Source of the DNA: an uncultured bacterium
GTDB taxonomy: Bacteria > Patescibacteriota > JACMRA01
Direction: 5' to 3'
DNA: 64,000 nucleotides
Assembly (NCBI GenBank): GCA_963704645.1
Contig: OY969926.1
Span: 928,001-992,000, forward strand
Positions 46,901 through 57,215 of this stretch are shown here, piece after piece; the first letter of the stretch is position 1, and each line of letters opens with the position of its first letter. Made by a program: the position numbers and the translations under genes. The notes beneath the pieces are model-generated. The model was not told the DNA's origin. It saw only the letters and a program-made list of their open reading frames with translations, and made no database searches.

Positions 46901-49687
46901 CCATTACCAGCTAAGGTATTAGTATTAATCCAAACTGAACCTCCTGAACCACTGTTACCAACACTACTTCCATTAGCTAATATACTTCCGTTGTTAGTTA
47001 AAGTACCTGTAATGTTTAGTTTAATAGATCCACCACCATTTGCTCCATTATTAGCACCTCCACTACCTAAATCAGTAGGTTCAGTGATTGAGCCATAGGA
47101 ATTTCCTCCAATGTTGGTTGGGCCACCATTTCCTCCATAACCACCAGCATAAGATGCAGATGCACCAGGGCCTTGAGAGGAAGCATAGCCTTTAGCTGTA
47201 GCGTCAATTGTTCCTCCGACATCTATAGTTAAATTAGTGAAGGTTAGATCTAGCTTGTAGTTTTCATTAGCTGCTAATGTGGTATTTGGAGATGTAGTTA
47301 AGTATCCACCATTTTGAACATTTAGGACGGCCTGAGAAATATTAGTAGGGCTTGATTTGCTTTCCCAATAACCAGACAAGGTAACAGCATTAAGATTGTT
47401 AGAAAATGCTAATAGATTATTTTGGTAGAAATTTGTTCCTGTATTAACATCAAAAGTAGTATTTAAAATAGTTAAATCTTTGTTTAAGACTACATTAGCT
47501 TTGTTGGTTACTATTAAGTTATCTAGAGTTGTTAAAGATAGACTAGTTGAATTAACAGTGGTGGTAGGGAAGCTGCTTGAACCTCCAATATTTCCATTAT
47601 CTATTCTAAGATTACCATTTACTAGAACTGCATCATTTGTATCTTTTTCATATACCGTACCTGCTCCACCAGAACCATTATTTAAATTAACACCTCCACT
47701 TGCACTAACACTTCCAGTTAAAGTTTTACTTTGGTAGTATAGAGCTATTCTTCCTCCACCTCCACCATAAGAACCATTTCCTCCATTAGCATTAATGTTA
47801 CCATTACCAGCTAAGGTATTAGTATTAATCCAAACTGAACCTCCTGAACCACTGTTACCAACACTACTTCCATTAGCTAATATACTTCCGTTGTTAGTTA
47901 AAGTACCTGTAATGTTTAGTTTAATAGATCCACCACCATTTGCTCCATTATTAGCACCTCCACTACCTAAATCAGTAGGTTCAGTGATTGAGCCATAGGA
48001 ATTTCCTCCAATGTTGGTTGGGCCACCATTTCCTCCATAACCACCAGCATAAGATGCAGATGCACCAGGGCCTTGAGAGGAAGCATAGCCTTTAGCTGTA
48101 GCGTCAATTGTTCCTCCGACATCTATAGTTAAATTAGTGAAGGTTAGATCTAGCTTGTAGTTTTCATTAGCTGCTAATGTGGTATTTGGAGATGTAGTTA
48201 AGTATCCACCATTTTGAACATTTAGGACGGCCTGAGAAATATTAGTAGGGCTTGATTTGCTTTCCCAATAACCAGACAAGGTAACAGCATTAAGATTGTT
48301 AGAAAATGCTAATAGATTATTTTGGTAGAAATTTGTTCCTGTATTAACATCAAAAGTAGTATTTAAAATAGTTAAATCTTTGTTTAAGACTACATTAGCT
48401 TTGTTGGTTACTATTAAGTTATCTAGAGTTGTTAAAGATAGACTAGTTGAATTAACAGTGGTGGTAGGGAAGCTGCTTGAACCTCCAATATTTCCATTAT
48501 CTATTCTAAGATTACCATTTACTAGAACTGCATCATTTGTATCTTTTTCATATACCGTACCTGCTCCACCAGAACCATTATTTAAATTAACACCTCCACT
48601 TGCACTAACACTTCCAGTTAAAGTTTTACTTTGGTAGTATAGAGCTATTCTTCCTCCACCTCCACCATAAGAACCATTTCCTCCATTAGCATTAATGTTA
48701 CCATTACCAGCTAAGGTATTAGTATTAATCCAAACTGAACCTCCTGAACCACTGTTACCAACACTACTTCCATTAGCTAATATACTTCCGTTGTTAGTTA
48801 AAGTACCTGTAATGTTTAGTTTAATAGATCCACCACCATTTGCTCCATTATTAGCACCTCCACTACCTAAATCAGTAGGTTCAGTGATTGAGCCATAGGA
48901 ATTTCCTCCAATGTTGGTTGGGCCACCATTTCCTCCATAACCACCAGCATAAGATGCAGATGCACCAGGGCCTTGAGAGGAAGCATAGCCTTTAGCTGTA
49001 GCGTCAATTGTTCCTCCGACACTACCAGACAATGCAGCAACCTTAAACGCATACCCCTGAGCTAGTGTAAGAGTAACCCCAGAGTTAACTTGAAAGTTAC
49101 CAACATTACAATATCTACTAGTTGCATTTGTAAGAGTGGTGTTAGTACTATAGATTAAATCTGCTCACATCACAGTCATAACTAGCTAAAGTAGATAAAG
49201 GAGAAGTGGCACTTAAACCATTACCATTTTTAGCAAATACTTTAAACTGATAAGCTGTACCAGCTATTAATTCTTTACTTGAACTTAGATTGTAAGTAAG
49301 AGCTGTATTTACTCCATCATTTAAAAGATTGTTTACAGATGCAAAGTTATCTGTACTGTATCTAATCTCATAATCTGTAATAGGATCTCCTCCATCACTA
49401 GCTGGAGCTGTCCAGGATAGAATGTCATTACCTGTAGTATCTGTAGTAGAAGTAACTCCTGTTATGTCTCCTGGTATTGTTCCTGCAGCTTTAGCTACAT
49501 TTCTTTCTTCATTTAAACTTGAATAAGCTACTAAACCAGTTATAACTAATACTAGTGCAATAAAACCAAATTGTAATATTTTGGATGGTTTCTTTTTAAG
49601 AAAGTTAAATATATTTTTATTACTTGTATTTTTTTGAAATGGTTTAGATTCAATACCAGAATTAGGTTTAGTGTTTATACTAGACAT
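43957..49687 (-). CDS. Giant surface protein (TM, FN3-like domain, Gly-rich repeats, Cys modules), split by one frameshift near 49165
   Basis: ORF 49148-49687 (LSWTAPASDGGDPITDYEIRY, FN3-like) continues in the +1 frame as ADLIYSTNTT...VAALSGSVGG into ORF 43957-49032. Confidence 0.8.
46751..49021. repeat. Perfect 900-bp coding tandem repeat, about 2.5 copies
   Basis: Sequence lines repeat identically at a 900-nt offset (46751/47651/48551). Confidence 0.95.
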
Positions 49688-49894
49688 GTTTTTGTTTTTG
49701 TTTTTGTTTTGATTTTTCTTAAATATTTCCTAATTATTTAAGTCCTGAGCTCAGTGTATCTTATTGTTTGTTTTATGTAAAAATTGGGGGGATTGTAGCT
49801 AATCTCCTAACTAAAATTTAACTAGGAAGGATTACTTATAAATATAGTGCTGTAGGCTTACTGTGGTTTACAGTACAATTTAGTAGGCAATTTA

Positions 49895-49987
49895 AATCCC
49901 TCTCGGGTAATATTCCCCGCTGCTTGCAGCGAATGAAAATCAGAGTTATTGTTTGATGCCCCGTATCTTGCTGCGGGGAGGTTTATT
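49895..49987 (-). mobile_element. Non-autonomous IS200/IS605-end-like palindromic element
   Basis: Minus strand: TAAACCTCCCCGCAGCAAGATACGGGGCATC...CGCTGCAAGCAGCGGGGAATATTACCCGAGAG; two related GC-rich hairpins and no ORF. Confidence 0.6.
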
Positions 49988-50241
49988 AGCTTATTTACCT
50001 TGAAATGAATGCAAATTATATTTATACTTCACTTAAATACACACTGCAATTTTATTTAATAATACGCATAATGGCTTCGTATAATATAATAATTTGACCT
50101 GTCTTAAAAGCAATCTTGACAAAAGTGGAGTACAAATATAAGAATGAAGCAAGTTTTTTAGCAGTTTTTTATTATATATAGTACTAGCAATAAAATGCAT
50201 ACACTAGCTGTAGTAAACGTTAAAATAAGTATTAAATAAGT

Positions 50242-51471
50242 ATGCTACCTAAAAGTTTGAAGACAGACAATAACTCAAGATCCGACAGTTACCTTTCTTC
50301 CTCAAAATTCAGCCCAGCGGCAAAAATCAAAGTTATCGGAACAGGTGGTGGAGGTGGCAACGCCGTACGTAGAATGATTGAAATTGGGGTTGAAGGTGTA
50401 GAATTTTGGGCAATGAACACAGATTTACAAGCCTTAAAATCTATTCACGCAGATGGAATTGTTCAACTAGGAACCAACGTAACCAGAGGACTAGGTGCTG
50501 GAATGAGTGCCGAAGTTGGAAGACAAGCAGCTGAAGAAAGCATGGCCGAAATTGAAGCTGCCTTAGCAGGTGCTGACATGGTATTTATTACAGCTGGTAT
50601 GGGCGGAGGAACAGGAACTGGTGCAAGCCCTGTTGTAGCTGAAGTTGCCAAAAGGATGGGTATTTTAACGGTTGGTGTAGTTACTAAACCTTTCGATTTT
50701 GAAGGTGCAAAAAGAAGGCAGTTAGCTGAAGAAGGTATTGAAAGACTAAAAGCCAACGCTGACGCAGTAATTATTGTTCCAAATCAAAGACTTTTACAAA
50801 TTATTGATAAGCGCACAAGTTTGTATGAAGCTTTCAAAATTTCCGACGATATTTTAAGACAGGCTGTTCAAGGAATTTCCAATTTAATCAACCTACCTGG
50901 TGAAGTTAACGTAGATTTCGCAGACGTTAGAGCAATTATGAGCAACGCTGGAACTGCTTTAATGGGAATGGGACGAGCAAGTGGAAGTGGAGAAGATACA
51001 GCCAAGAACGCAGCTTTAATGGCCATAGATTCGCCTTTACTTGAACTTAGCATTGAAGGAGCTAGGGGAATTTTGTTTAACGTTGAAGGAGGTAAAAATC
51101 TTTCATTGTTAGCCGTAAGCGAAGCCGCAGACATTATTAAGCATCACGCAGACCCTGAAGCTAAAATTATTTTTGGAACTTCCATTGATCCTAATTTACA
51201 GGACGAAATTAAAATTACAGTTGTTGCTACTGGTTTTACTAAAGAAAAAGAAGATATGGCAATGTACGGTGGAAACCAAAGTATGGGCAGAGTTGAAAGC
51301 AAACTACCATATACACCACCAAAGTTTGGAGGAAGAGAGGAAAACATTAACAGAAACACCCCTACCCCTTCTAACAACGTACAAGCTAAAAAAGATTCTT
51401 ACGACGAAGAAAAGCTAGAAATTCCTGCCTTCCTAAGAAACAAAATTACAGGTCAAAACGACGACGAGTAG
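50242..51471 (+). CDS. ftsZ: Cell division protein FtsZ
   Basis: [32 protein letters not shown]-terminal LEIPAFLR. Confidence 0.98.
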   Translation: MLPKSLKTDNNSRSDSYLSSSKFSPAAKIKVIGTGGGGGNAVRRMIEIGVEGVEFWAMNTDLQALKSIHADGIVQLGTNVTRGLGAGMSAEVGRQAAEESMAEIEAALAGADMVFITAGMGGGTGTGASPVVAEVAKRMGILTVGVVTKPFDFEGAKRRQLAEEGIERLKANADAVIIVPNQRLLQIIDKRTSLYEAFKISDDILRQAVQGISNLINLPGEVNVDFADVRAIMSNAGTALMGMGRASGSGEDTAKNAALMAIDSPLLELSIEGARGILFNVEGGKNLSLLAVSEAADIIKHHADPEAKIIFGTSIDPNLQDEIKITVVATGFTKEKEDMAMYGGNQSMGRVESKLPYTPPKFGGREENINRNTPTPSNNVQAKKDSYDEEKLEIPAFLRNKITGQNDDE

Positions 51472-51504
51472 AAATTTAAAAGATAAAAATTTAAACAAAA
51501 ATTT

Positions 51505-51532
51505 AGCCCCCATTTTTCCTTGGGGGTTGTTT
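51505..51532. terminator. Probable bidirectional terminator
   Basis: AGCCCCCA...TGGGGGTT hairpin between convergent genes. Confidence 0.55.
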
Positions 51533-51540
51533 ATGATCTA

Positions 51541-51915
51541 CTAGTTGACAATGGGTTGGACTGGGAAGGACAGATCTTTCATTAATTCGCCAATTGAAAC
51601 GAGGTCAGCTTCCAATTGGTATTGGCAAGCATACAGTTCTAGCTGTTTACCCGGCTCTGTTGAAAATGTAAAACTTACCATGTACCCTGGCTCTAGACTG
51701 AACACTTCTCCAGCATCATGCTTGTAGCATTTTGTGTTGCTTTTTAAAGCAACTGGGTGGGACGAGGTGTTGTCAACTAAAACACTACTTTGATCAACAG
51801 TATCACCTGTGATGCAAAGTATTTTTAGAGCACCTTTGAGCGCTGGATGTTCGTTTTCATCGGGCGCATGGTCATCATGCGTTACTATTATTGTCCTAAT
51901 TTCTTGAACACTCAT
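51541..51915 (-). CDS. Hypothetical protein (ORFan cassette)
   Basis: 124 aa; AAGGAG upstream of ATG. Confidence 0.6.
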   Translation of the reverse strand: MSVQEIRTIIVTHDDHAPDENEHPALKGALKILCITGDTVDQSSVLVDNTSSHPVALKSNTKCYKHDAGEVFSLEPGYMVSFTFSTEPGKQLELYACQYQLEADLVSIGELMKDLSFPVQPIVN

Positions 51916-52029
51916 TCAAATATACTCCTTTATGAAATAGTGAGTAATTACTTTGTAGCATATTTCCCCACGTTTGACAACTAGCCTTCTAAATTCAACA
52001 TTCTAGCAACATTTTTTAAATTGCAATTT

Positions 52030-53766
52030 ATGACAGAAACCAACCCACAAGAACTAGATTTTCATAAATTTATTCAGTATACAGACAATGAAACTGGTTT
52101 TAGTTACGGCAAAATTCCAGATTCACAAACCATGGTTGATTTGATCTTCGTTCATGATAGTAAAACTGATGTAACAATTTACACACCCATAGGAAAAAGC
52201 AACTTACCTTTTCAATCAGTTTTGGCTTTTGCTGGTGCCAGATATTCTCGTTCTAATGGCATTGTGTCTATTCTTGAAGAAATAAAAAATGGGCAGCAAG
52301 ATGCAGATAAAAAACTTGGTAATATTGTAAACAATTACGGTCACGCTAGTGTGGCTGAAATGGCTAATTTGCCAATTTATATTGAAAACCTAACCAAATT
52401 TCAAAGCGAAAGATTGTTTCATTTAAGTTCAATTTATGCTGGCCAAGGTCGTTCTAGCAGGTACCAGAAATGGGATAATATGGAACCAATTGGTTTAGAA
52501 AAGTATTTAAAAGCAGATGAATACTCTAGTTTCTCAAATTCGTCAGAATGGCAAAGTTTGAATCAAAAGTTTATTAGCTTGCAGGAAACAGCCAAGCAAA
52601 ACTATTTACATTTTTACGAAGAAAGTTACAGTTTTTTTAAGGAACATTTTGAAATTGATGACACCAAACTTAAACAGAAAAATACTTTAATTAGCCGAAG
52701 TTTAGACATGGCTAGGTATTTTCTTCCAATTGGGGCAATGCACACCACTTCTATGGCTATGTTTACTTCCGCCCGTGAGTGGTCTAGAGTTATTGGTTTG
52801 CTTTCAAGTAAGACCGATTTTGAGGCGGTTCAAATTGCTAAAATGCTACTTGTCCTACTCAATCCTTCCGATGACGTTGAAAGTGCTTTAAACTATGTCC
52901 CAGAGGCCAGTGAGCTAATTAAATACACAACGTCAGATGAAGTTACTGGCAACAACTTAAATGAATTAAATAAATTTTTGGAAAACTCCAGTTCGTTTAC
53001 TCAACTTTTAAATGAACATAAAGATTTAATTGAGGATACTGGAAGCAAAAAACTTTACCCTGAAGCCAAATTGTTAGATTCTAAGTTGAGTTCTGGAGCT
53101 AAGCTTGTTTTACAAAATATACTTAGTCTTCACCCAAGTTTAGATGTAGAAAGCTTAAGTAGTTGGGTTTTGTCTTTAAACAAGCAGGAAGCTGCTGAAA
53201 TTGGGCAAATATGTTTTCATAATTTTAATCATCACAGACAAATTGGACAACCACTTTCTACTAATCAAGTTAGTTTAGAACTTACCACAGATTTTGGAAG
53301 CATGATGGATTTAAACCGCCACAGGGCTTGGGGAAGATTCAACCCAATATTTAACTACATAAAATTTGATAAAAACATTATTAAAAAGGGTTACGTACTT
53401 CCTTTATATTTAGAAGAAATTGAGACGGCAGATAAACTTAAAAATAATTTTAATGAAAAATTAGAAGAATATTACTCTCAACTGAATAGCTTTTGGGATG
53501 AATGTTTAACCTACCCACTTTTCCCTACTCAAGCTTTAATTGACCTTCTTCCCATAGCACAAAATGCCAATATTTTGATGCACGCCAGCAGTAAAGAAAT
53601 AGATTACATGACCAAACTAAGAGTGAGGCCAGGAGGACATATAAATTATAGGCAAATAGTTTATCAAATTCAACAAAGTGTTATTCAATCTGACCCATTT
53701 TTTAAACCAGAAAGCCTAATTAAACCAAACCCAAATTCCAAAGAAGAATTTATGGACAGAAGTTAG
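52030..53766 (+). CDS. thyX: FAD-dependent thymidylate synthase, tandem-domain ThyX type
   Basis: ARYSRS, YGHASVAE, SSRYQ, ARYFLP; second half DLNRHR, LRVRPGGHINYR. Confidence 0.8.
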   Translation: MTETNPQELDFHKFIQYTDNETGFSYGKIPDSQTMVDLIFVHDSKTDVTIYTPIGKSNLPFQSVLAFAGARYSRSNGIVSILEEIKNGQQDADKKLGNIVNNYGHASVAEMANLPIYIENLTKFQSERLFHLSSIYAGQGRSSRYQKWDNMEPIGLEKYLKADEYSSFSNSSEWQSLNQKFISLQETAKQNYLHFYEESYSFFKEHFEIDDTKLKQKNTLISRSLDMARYFLPIGAMHTTSMAMFTSAREWSRVIGLLSSKTDFEAVQIAKMLLVLLNPSDDVESALNYVPEASELIKYTTSDEVTGNNLNELNKFLENSSSFTQLLNEHKDLIEDTGSKKLYPEAKLLDSKLSSGAKLVLQNILSLHPSLDVESLSSWVLSLNKQEAAEIGQICFHNFNHHRQIGQPLSTNQVSLELTTDFGSMMDLNRHRAWGRFNPIFNYIKFDKNIIKKGYVLPLYLEEIETADKLKNNFNEKLEEYYSQLNSFWDECLTYPLFPTQALIDLLPIAQNANILMHASSKEIDYMTKLRVRPGGHINYRQIVYQIQQSVIQSDPFFKPESLIKPNPNSKEEFMDRS

Positions 53767-53772
53767 AAACGT

Positions 53773-54318
53773 CTAATCTTCCTGTACAATCTTAAACTCC
53801 TGAATAAAGGCCTTAATATCTGAGCCACCTTTTTTATTTAAGGCAGAAACTTGAAAAATTTTAGGCGCCCCATGAGAGTTGTGAAGCAAATTAATAAACT
53901 TAGTCCATTCTGCAACGTTACTAGAAAACTCCTTAGCTTTTGCTTTATCAATTTTAGTAAAAATAACGCTAAAAAATATTCTATTTTCAACCAACCAACT
54001 TAAAAAGTCTTTATCAATTTTAACAGGTGGAATAGAACTGTCTATAAGCACAAAGAGGTGTTTAAACAAACTGTCTTTAAAGAAAAGATCAACCATAATT
54101 TGATCCCAAATTTCACGCTTTTTACCGTCAACAGCAGCGTAGCCATAACCAGGCATATCTACAAAATCAAACTTGGTATTATATGGAAATAAATCGTGTT
54201 TACGGGTTTTACCCGGATGTTTAGAGGTTTTGGCTAATTTCTGCCCCAGTAGGTAATTAATAAGGCTAGATTTCCCCACATTAGAGCGGCCAATAAAGGC
54301 TAATTTGTATTTAGGCAT
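53773..54318 (-). CDS. engB: Ribosome biogenesis GTPase YihA/YsxC
   Basis: GRSNVGKSSLIN, SKHPGKT, DMPGYGYA, TKIDK. Confidence 0.95.
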   Translation of the reverse strand: MPKYKLAFIGRSNVGKSSLINYLLGQKLAKTSKHPGKTRKHDLFPYNTKFDFVDMPGYGYAAVDGKKREIWDQIMVDLFFKDSLFKHLFVLIDSSIPPVKIDKDFLSWLVENRIFFSVIFTKIDKAKAKEFSSNVAEWTKFINLLHNSHGAPKIFQVSALNKKGGSDIKAFIQEFKIVQED

Positions 54319-54393
54319 GTGAAATAAAGTTAAAATATAAGATACAACAATCATCAAATAGTTTTAAACATTGGGCAAGCCACAAAATTCAAC

Positions 54394-54417
54394 GTAGGGG
54401 AGAATCTTGATTCTCCT
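54394..54417 (+). repeat. GTAG REP-like palindrome
   Basis: GTAGGGGAGAATCTTGATTCTCCT; related to 43891-43915. Confidence 0.6.
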
Positions 54418-54452
54418 AACATAATTGAGAATGAGAATAAGCAATTTGATAA

Positions 54453-54986
54453 TTAGCCCAACATCTCTGCCAGCTTCCTAACTGTATTAATATTTCTAGC
54501 TGTAATTTGTTTATATAATTTTGAACCAATAAATTTTGGAACTTGCCCTAAATTATAATTCACTTTTTCAATATTCCAAACCAACGCACCTTCAATATAA
54601 ATTAAATTTTCAACCTCAGAGTTAAATTTTAGAGTATCAATTATTTCTGGATAATCCAGTTCTGATGGTAAAAACATAACATCTGTTTTCATTTCTTGGT
54701 TGTTTAGCCAGCTTTTGGGAATTAATTCGCATACTTTTTTAATTTGTTCTTGATTTCGTATAATAACTTTAATTTCAAGACCAAAGACCTCTAAAATTTT
54801 GTTTTGGATTGTTTCTAACAACTGTGGAATTTCAAGATTAGATGTTTCAAAAATTACATTCCCCGAATTTATATAAGTTTCAACTTTACCAAACCCAAGC
54901 TGCTCAAAAGACAAGGCTAAAGTTTTCATATCAACTTTGTTATTTCCACCAACATTAATTCCCCGAAGAAAAGCTATGTAACGCAT
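54453..54986 (-). CDS. DUF1697 family protein
   Basis: YIAFLRGINVGG...VETYINSGNVIF...TARNINTVRKL. Confidence 0.92.
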   Translation of the reverse strand: MRYIAFLRGINVGGNNKVDMKTLALSFEQLGFGKVETYINSGNVIFETSNLEIPQLLETIQNKILEVFGLEIKVIIRNQEQIKKVCELIPKSWLNNQEMKTDVMFLPSELDYPEIIDTLKFNSEVENLIYIEGALVWNIEKVNYNLGQVPKFIGSKLYKQITARNINTVRKLAEMLG

Positions 54987-55121
54987 AAGAAAGTTTATTG
55001 CACTAATATTTATTTGATTAATTAAAATTTGGAAAATGAATTTTTTGTATCCTACTTTTCTTCATAAAAAAATCCAGCTAGAATAAGCCGGAAAAGTATG
55101 TCTTTGGATAATTCATTGAAA

Positions 55122-55520
55122 TTAGAAGTTTTTATAAGCATTCATGTTTTGCTTAACTAAGGTTCGAAAAGAATCATTTAGAGATTTCTGTGCAGCACTC
55201 TTAGCCTCCTCGGGCAAAACCAACTCTATAGCTGCCACTGTATACTTGTAGTTAAGCTGTAAAAACATACCAGACAAAGCAATATTTTCTTTGTAACCTT
55301 CTTTTGGTGGAAGGGAAACAGTGAAAAATAAAGAATACCACATACCTTCAGGCCACAGGGCATTTTTCATAAAAACGTCCACTGAGTAACTGTTTAAAAC
55401 TGGTTCAATCATCTTGCAGAGTTTTACATTTTCCTTGCCAACAAGTTTAGATATATCGGCTTGCAATCTTTGCAACAGTAGAACTGTTTTATTTGCAGAA
55501 TTTGTTTTAACAGCTTGCAT
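55122..55520 (-). CDS. Hypothetical protein (ORFan cassette)
   Basis: 132 aa; GGAG upstream; terminator TCCGGCT...AGCTGGA plus T tract. Confidence 0.6.
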   Translation of the reverse strand: MQAVKTNSANKTVLLLQRLQADISKLVGKENVKLCKMIEPVLNSYSVDVFMKNALWPEGMWYSLFFTVSLPPKEGYKENIALSGMFLQLNYKYTVAAIELVLPEEAKSAAQKSLNDSFRTLVKQNMNAYKNF

Positions 55521-55739
55521 CTAATATTATCTCCAAAAACTATACCTATTGTTAGGAAAATGTCTCTTGAACTTTTAGTCAAACAATGTAAAGAAAACAA
55601 CAGCGGTTAAACTGCCATTTTAGTTTTTGATCCAGTTAGTATTTGATCCAAATTGTGAAAATTGCTAAAGATAAAAACTGCCAGAGTAACTATCACCACA
55701 ACCTTGGACAAAGCGCAACCAATATTTTACAACTAAATT

Positions 55740-56135
55740 ATGAAACCAAAACTTCAAACTTTTTTGGAAGAAGCCGATAAAGACCAGTTGCTAGAAATTA
55801 TAGCTTCTTTGTGCGAAAAACATAAAACTTTAGAAGACGATATTAATTTTTTGTTAAACCCAAAAAATATTAAAAACCCACAAAGTTATTACAACAAATT
55901 GGTTAAAAAAGCCATTGATACCAACAGCTGGTCAAAATTTCCCAACAAAGGTGTAGTTGGGCTTTTAAACATGGTAGAAAAATTAGAGTTCTTTCAAAAA
56001 ATTGGAAACATAGCCGAAGCTGAAAAACTAGCCAAAAGTGTCTTAGACATTATTGCCAGAACCAGAAGAAATTATAACAGACAAAATAATGAAGAACTAG
56101 ATAGAATTGAGCTTAAGCTGCAAAGATGGTGGTAA
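55740..56135 (+). CDS. Hypothetical helical protein
   Basis: 131 aa ORF with host-like codon use and leaderless-type promoter geometry. Confidence 0.7.
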   Translation: MKPKLQTFLEEADKDQLLEIIASLCEKHKTLEDDINFLLNPKNIKNPQSYYNKLVKKAIDTNSWSKFPNKGVVGLLNMVEKLEFFQKIGNIAEAEKLAKSVLDIIARTRRNYNRQNNEELDRIELKLQRWW

Positions 56136-56214
56136 AAGTTTTGGACAGTATACTTAAGGATACTTTTTTGACATTTATAGGTTTTTACGAAAATATAAAA
56201 ATGTTGATTATCTA

Positions 56215-56540
56215 GTGAGCCTTTTGAAAAATAGGATAGCTGGTGGTCTGGCAGTTTTAACTATAACTCCAGCCTTATCTCTTTTACAAAATTCAAAAAG
56301 TATAAAAATTTGGTTTGCACCAATTGATAAAAACATTAAAGTAACAATTAATGTACCTGTAGTTGAAGTAGGTAACAAACCCTTAAAATTAGAATTTGGG
56401 GGTTTCGAATACTTAATTTTGACAAACCCTAATCATTACGGGTTTCATAGTATTCAAATTCATTCTACCTCATGCAAGTGGAAGAGACAACGATTAGGAT
56501 ACAAAAGGTGCTTCTGCGTTTTGGCGAGGCACTTTTTTCT
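56215..56540 (+). pseudogene. Possible decayed ORFan cassette
   Basis: TTGACA upstream (about 56168), but the 116-aa ORF runs through a strong terminator GTGCTTC...GAGGCAC-TTTTTT (56508-56538). Confidence 0.35.
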
Positions 56541-56603
56541 TATCCAAAATTTCCCAAAAAAATAGCTCCATTACTGGAGACTAAATTTTATTCCTAAAAG
56601 CTA

Positions 56604-57137
56604 TTACTTCTTAGTTGTTGTGGAACTAGTTGTAGTTGGAGTGGTAGAAGTTGTTGTAGCTGGAGTTGTTGAGCTAGAAGTTTCTGGTGTTGTGGAAGTT
56701 GTTCCTGTTGGGGGTTGAATAATTGGGGCGATGTTAATAATTTGGCCAATTTGTTCTCTGTAAATAATTGCTCTGTTTGGGTAAACAATTAAGTAGTCAT
56801 CTTTTTCAGCATTCTTATAAAACTCTGGCTGAGAAGTTTTTAGTTTTTCAACATCTGTAATTGTAGCTACAGCAGGTTGTTTGTCTGTGTCATCAATTTT
56901 TAAAACTTTACCTAATTTTTCTACAATATCTTTAACTTGTTGTTGTTGAACTTCTGCATTTTTAGTTGGGTCTTTTAAAGATGCATTTTCAGAAGCAATT
57001 CTGTCGTATTCTTGTTTGAAAGTGTATCCATAATAACCTACAATAGCTAAGGCTACAATTGACAGGATAATTGCAATAATTTGAGTGATTTGAATTTTAG
57101 CTCTTTTGTTTTTTAAAGCTGACTGTGTCTGTTCCAT
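56604..57137 (-). CDS. Single-TM protein with Thr-rich tail
   Basis: TM, coiled segment, PAVATITDVEKLK...NAEKDDYLIVY...AIIYR...IINIAP, poly-Thr/Ser tail. Confidence 0.8.
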   Translation of the reverse strand: MEQTQSALKNKRAKIQITQIIAIILSIVALAIVGYYGYTFKQEYDRIASENASLKDPTKNAEVQQQQVKDIVEKLGKVLKIDDTDKQPAVATITDVEKLKTSQPEFYKNAEKDDYLIVYPNRAIIYREQIGQIINIAPIIQPPTGTTSTTPETSSSTTPATTTSTTPTTTSSTTTKK

Positions 57138-57215
57138 AAGTACTTACTAGCTATAAACTTTTTGGAATTTTGGCAAGTCTACAAGCCTAATTCTACTTAA
57201 AATTTGCCTGCAGCT

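Noticed and set aside
46751-49021. CRISPR array or DGR template/variable repeats
   Set aside because: Units are long, in-frame and identical, with no spacers, no adenine-specific mismatches, and no cas or reverse transcriptase gene in the window.
55606-55712. 34-codon hydrophobic minus-strand frame (LSKVVVIVTLAVFIF...)
   Set aside because: Weak TTG start that overlaps the divergent gene's promoter; no supporting signals.
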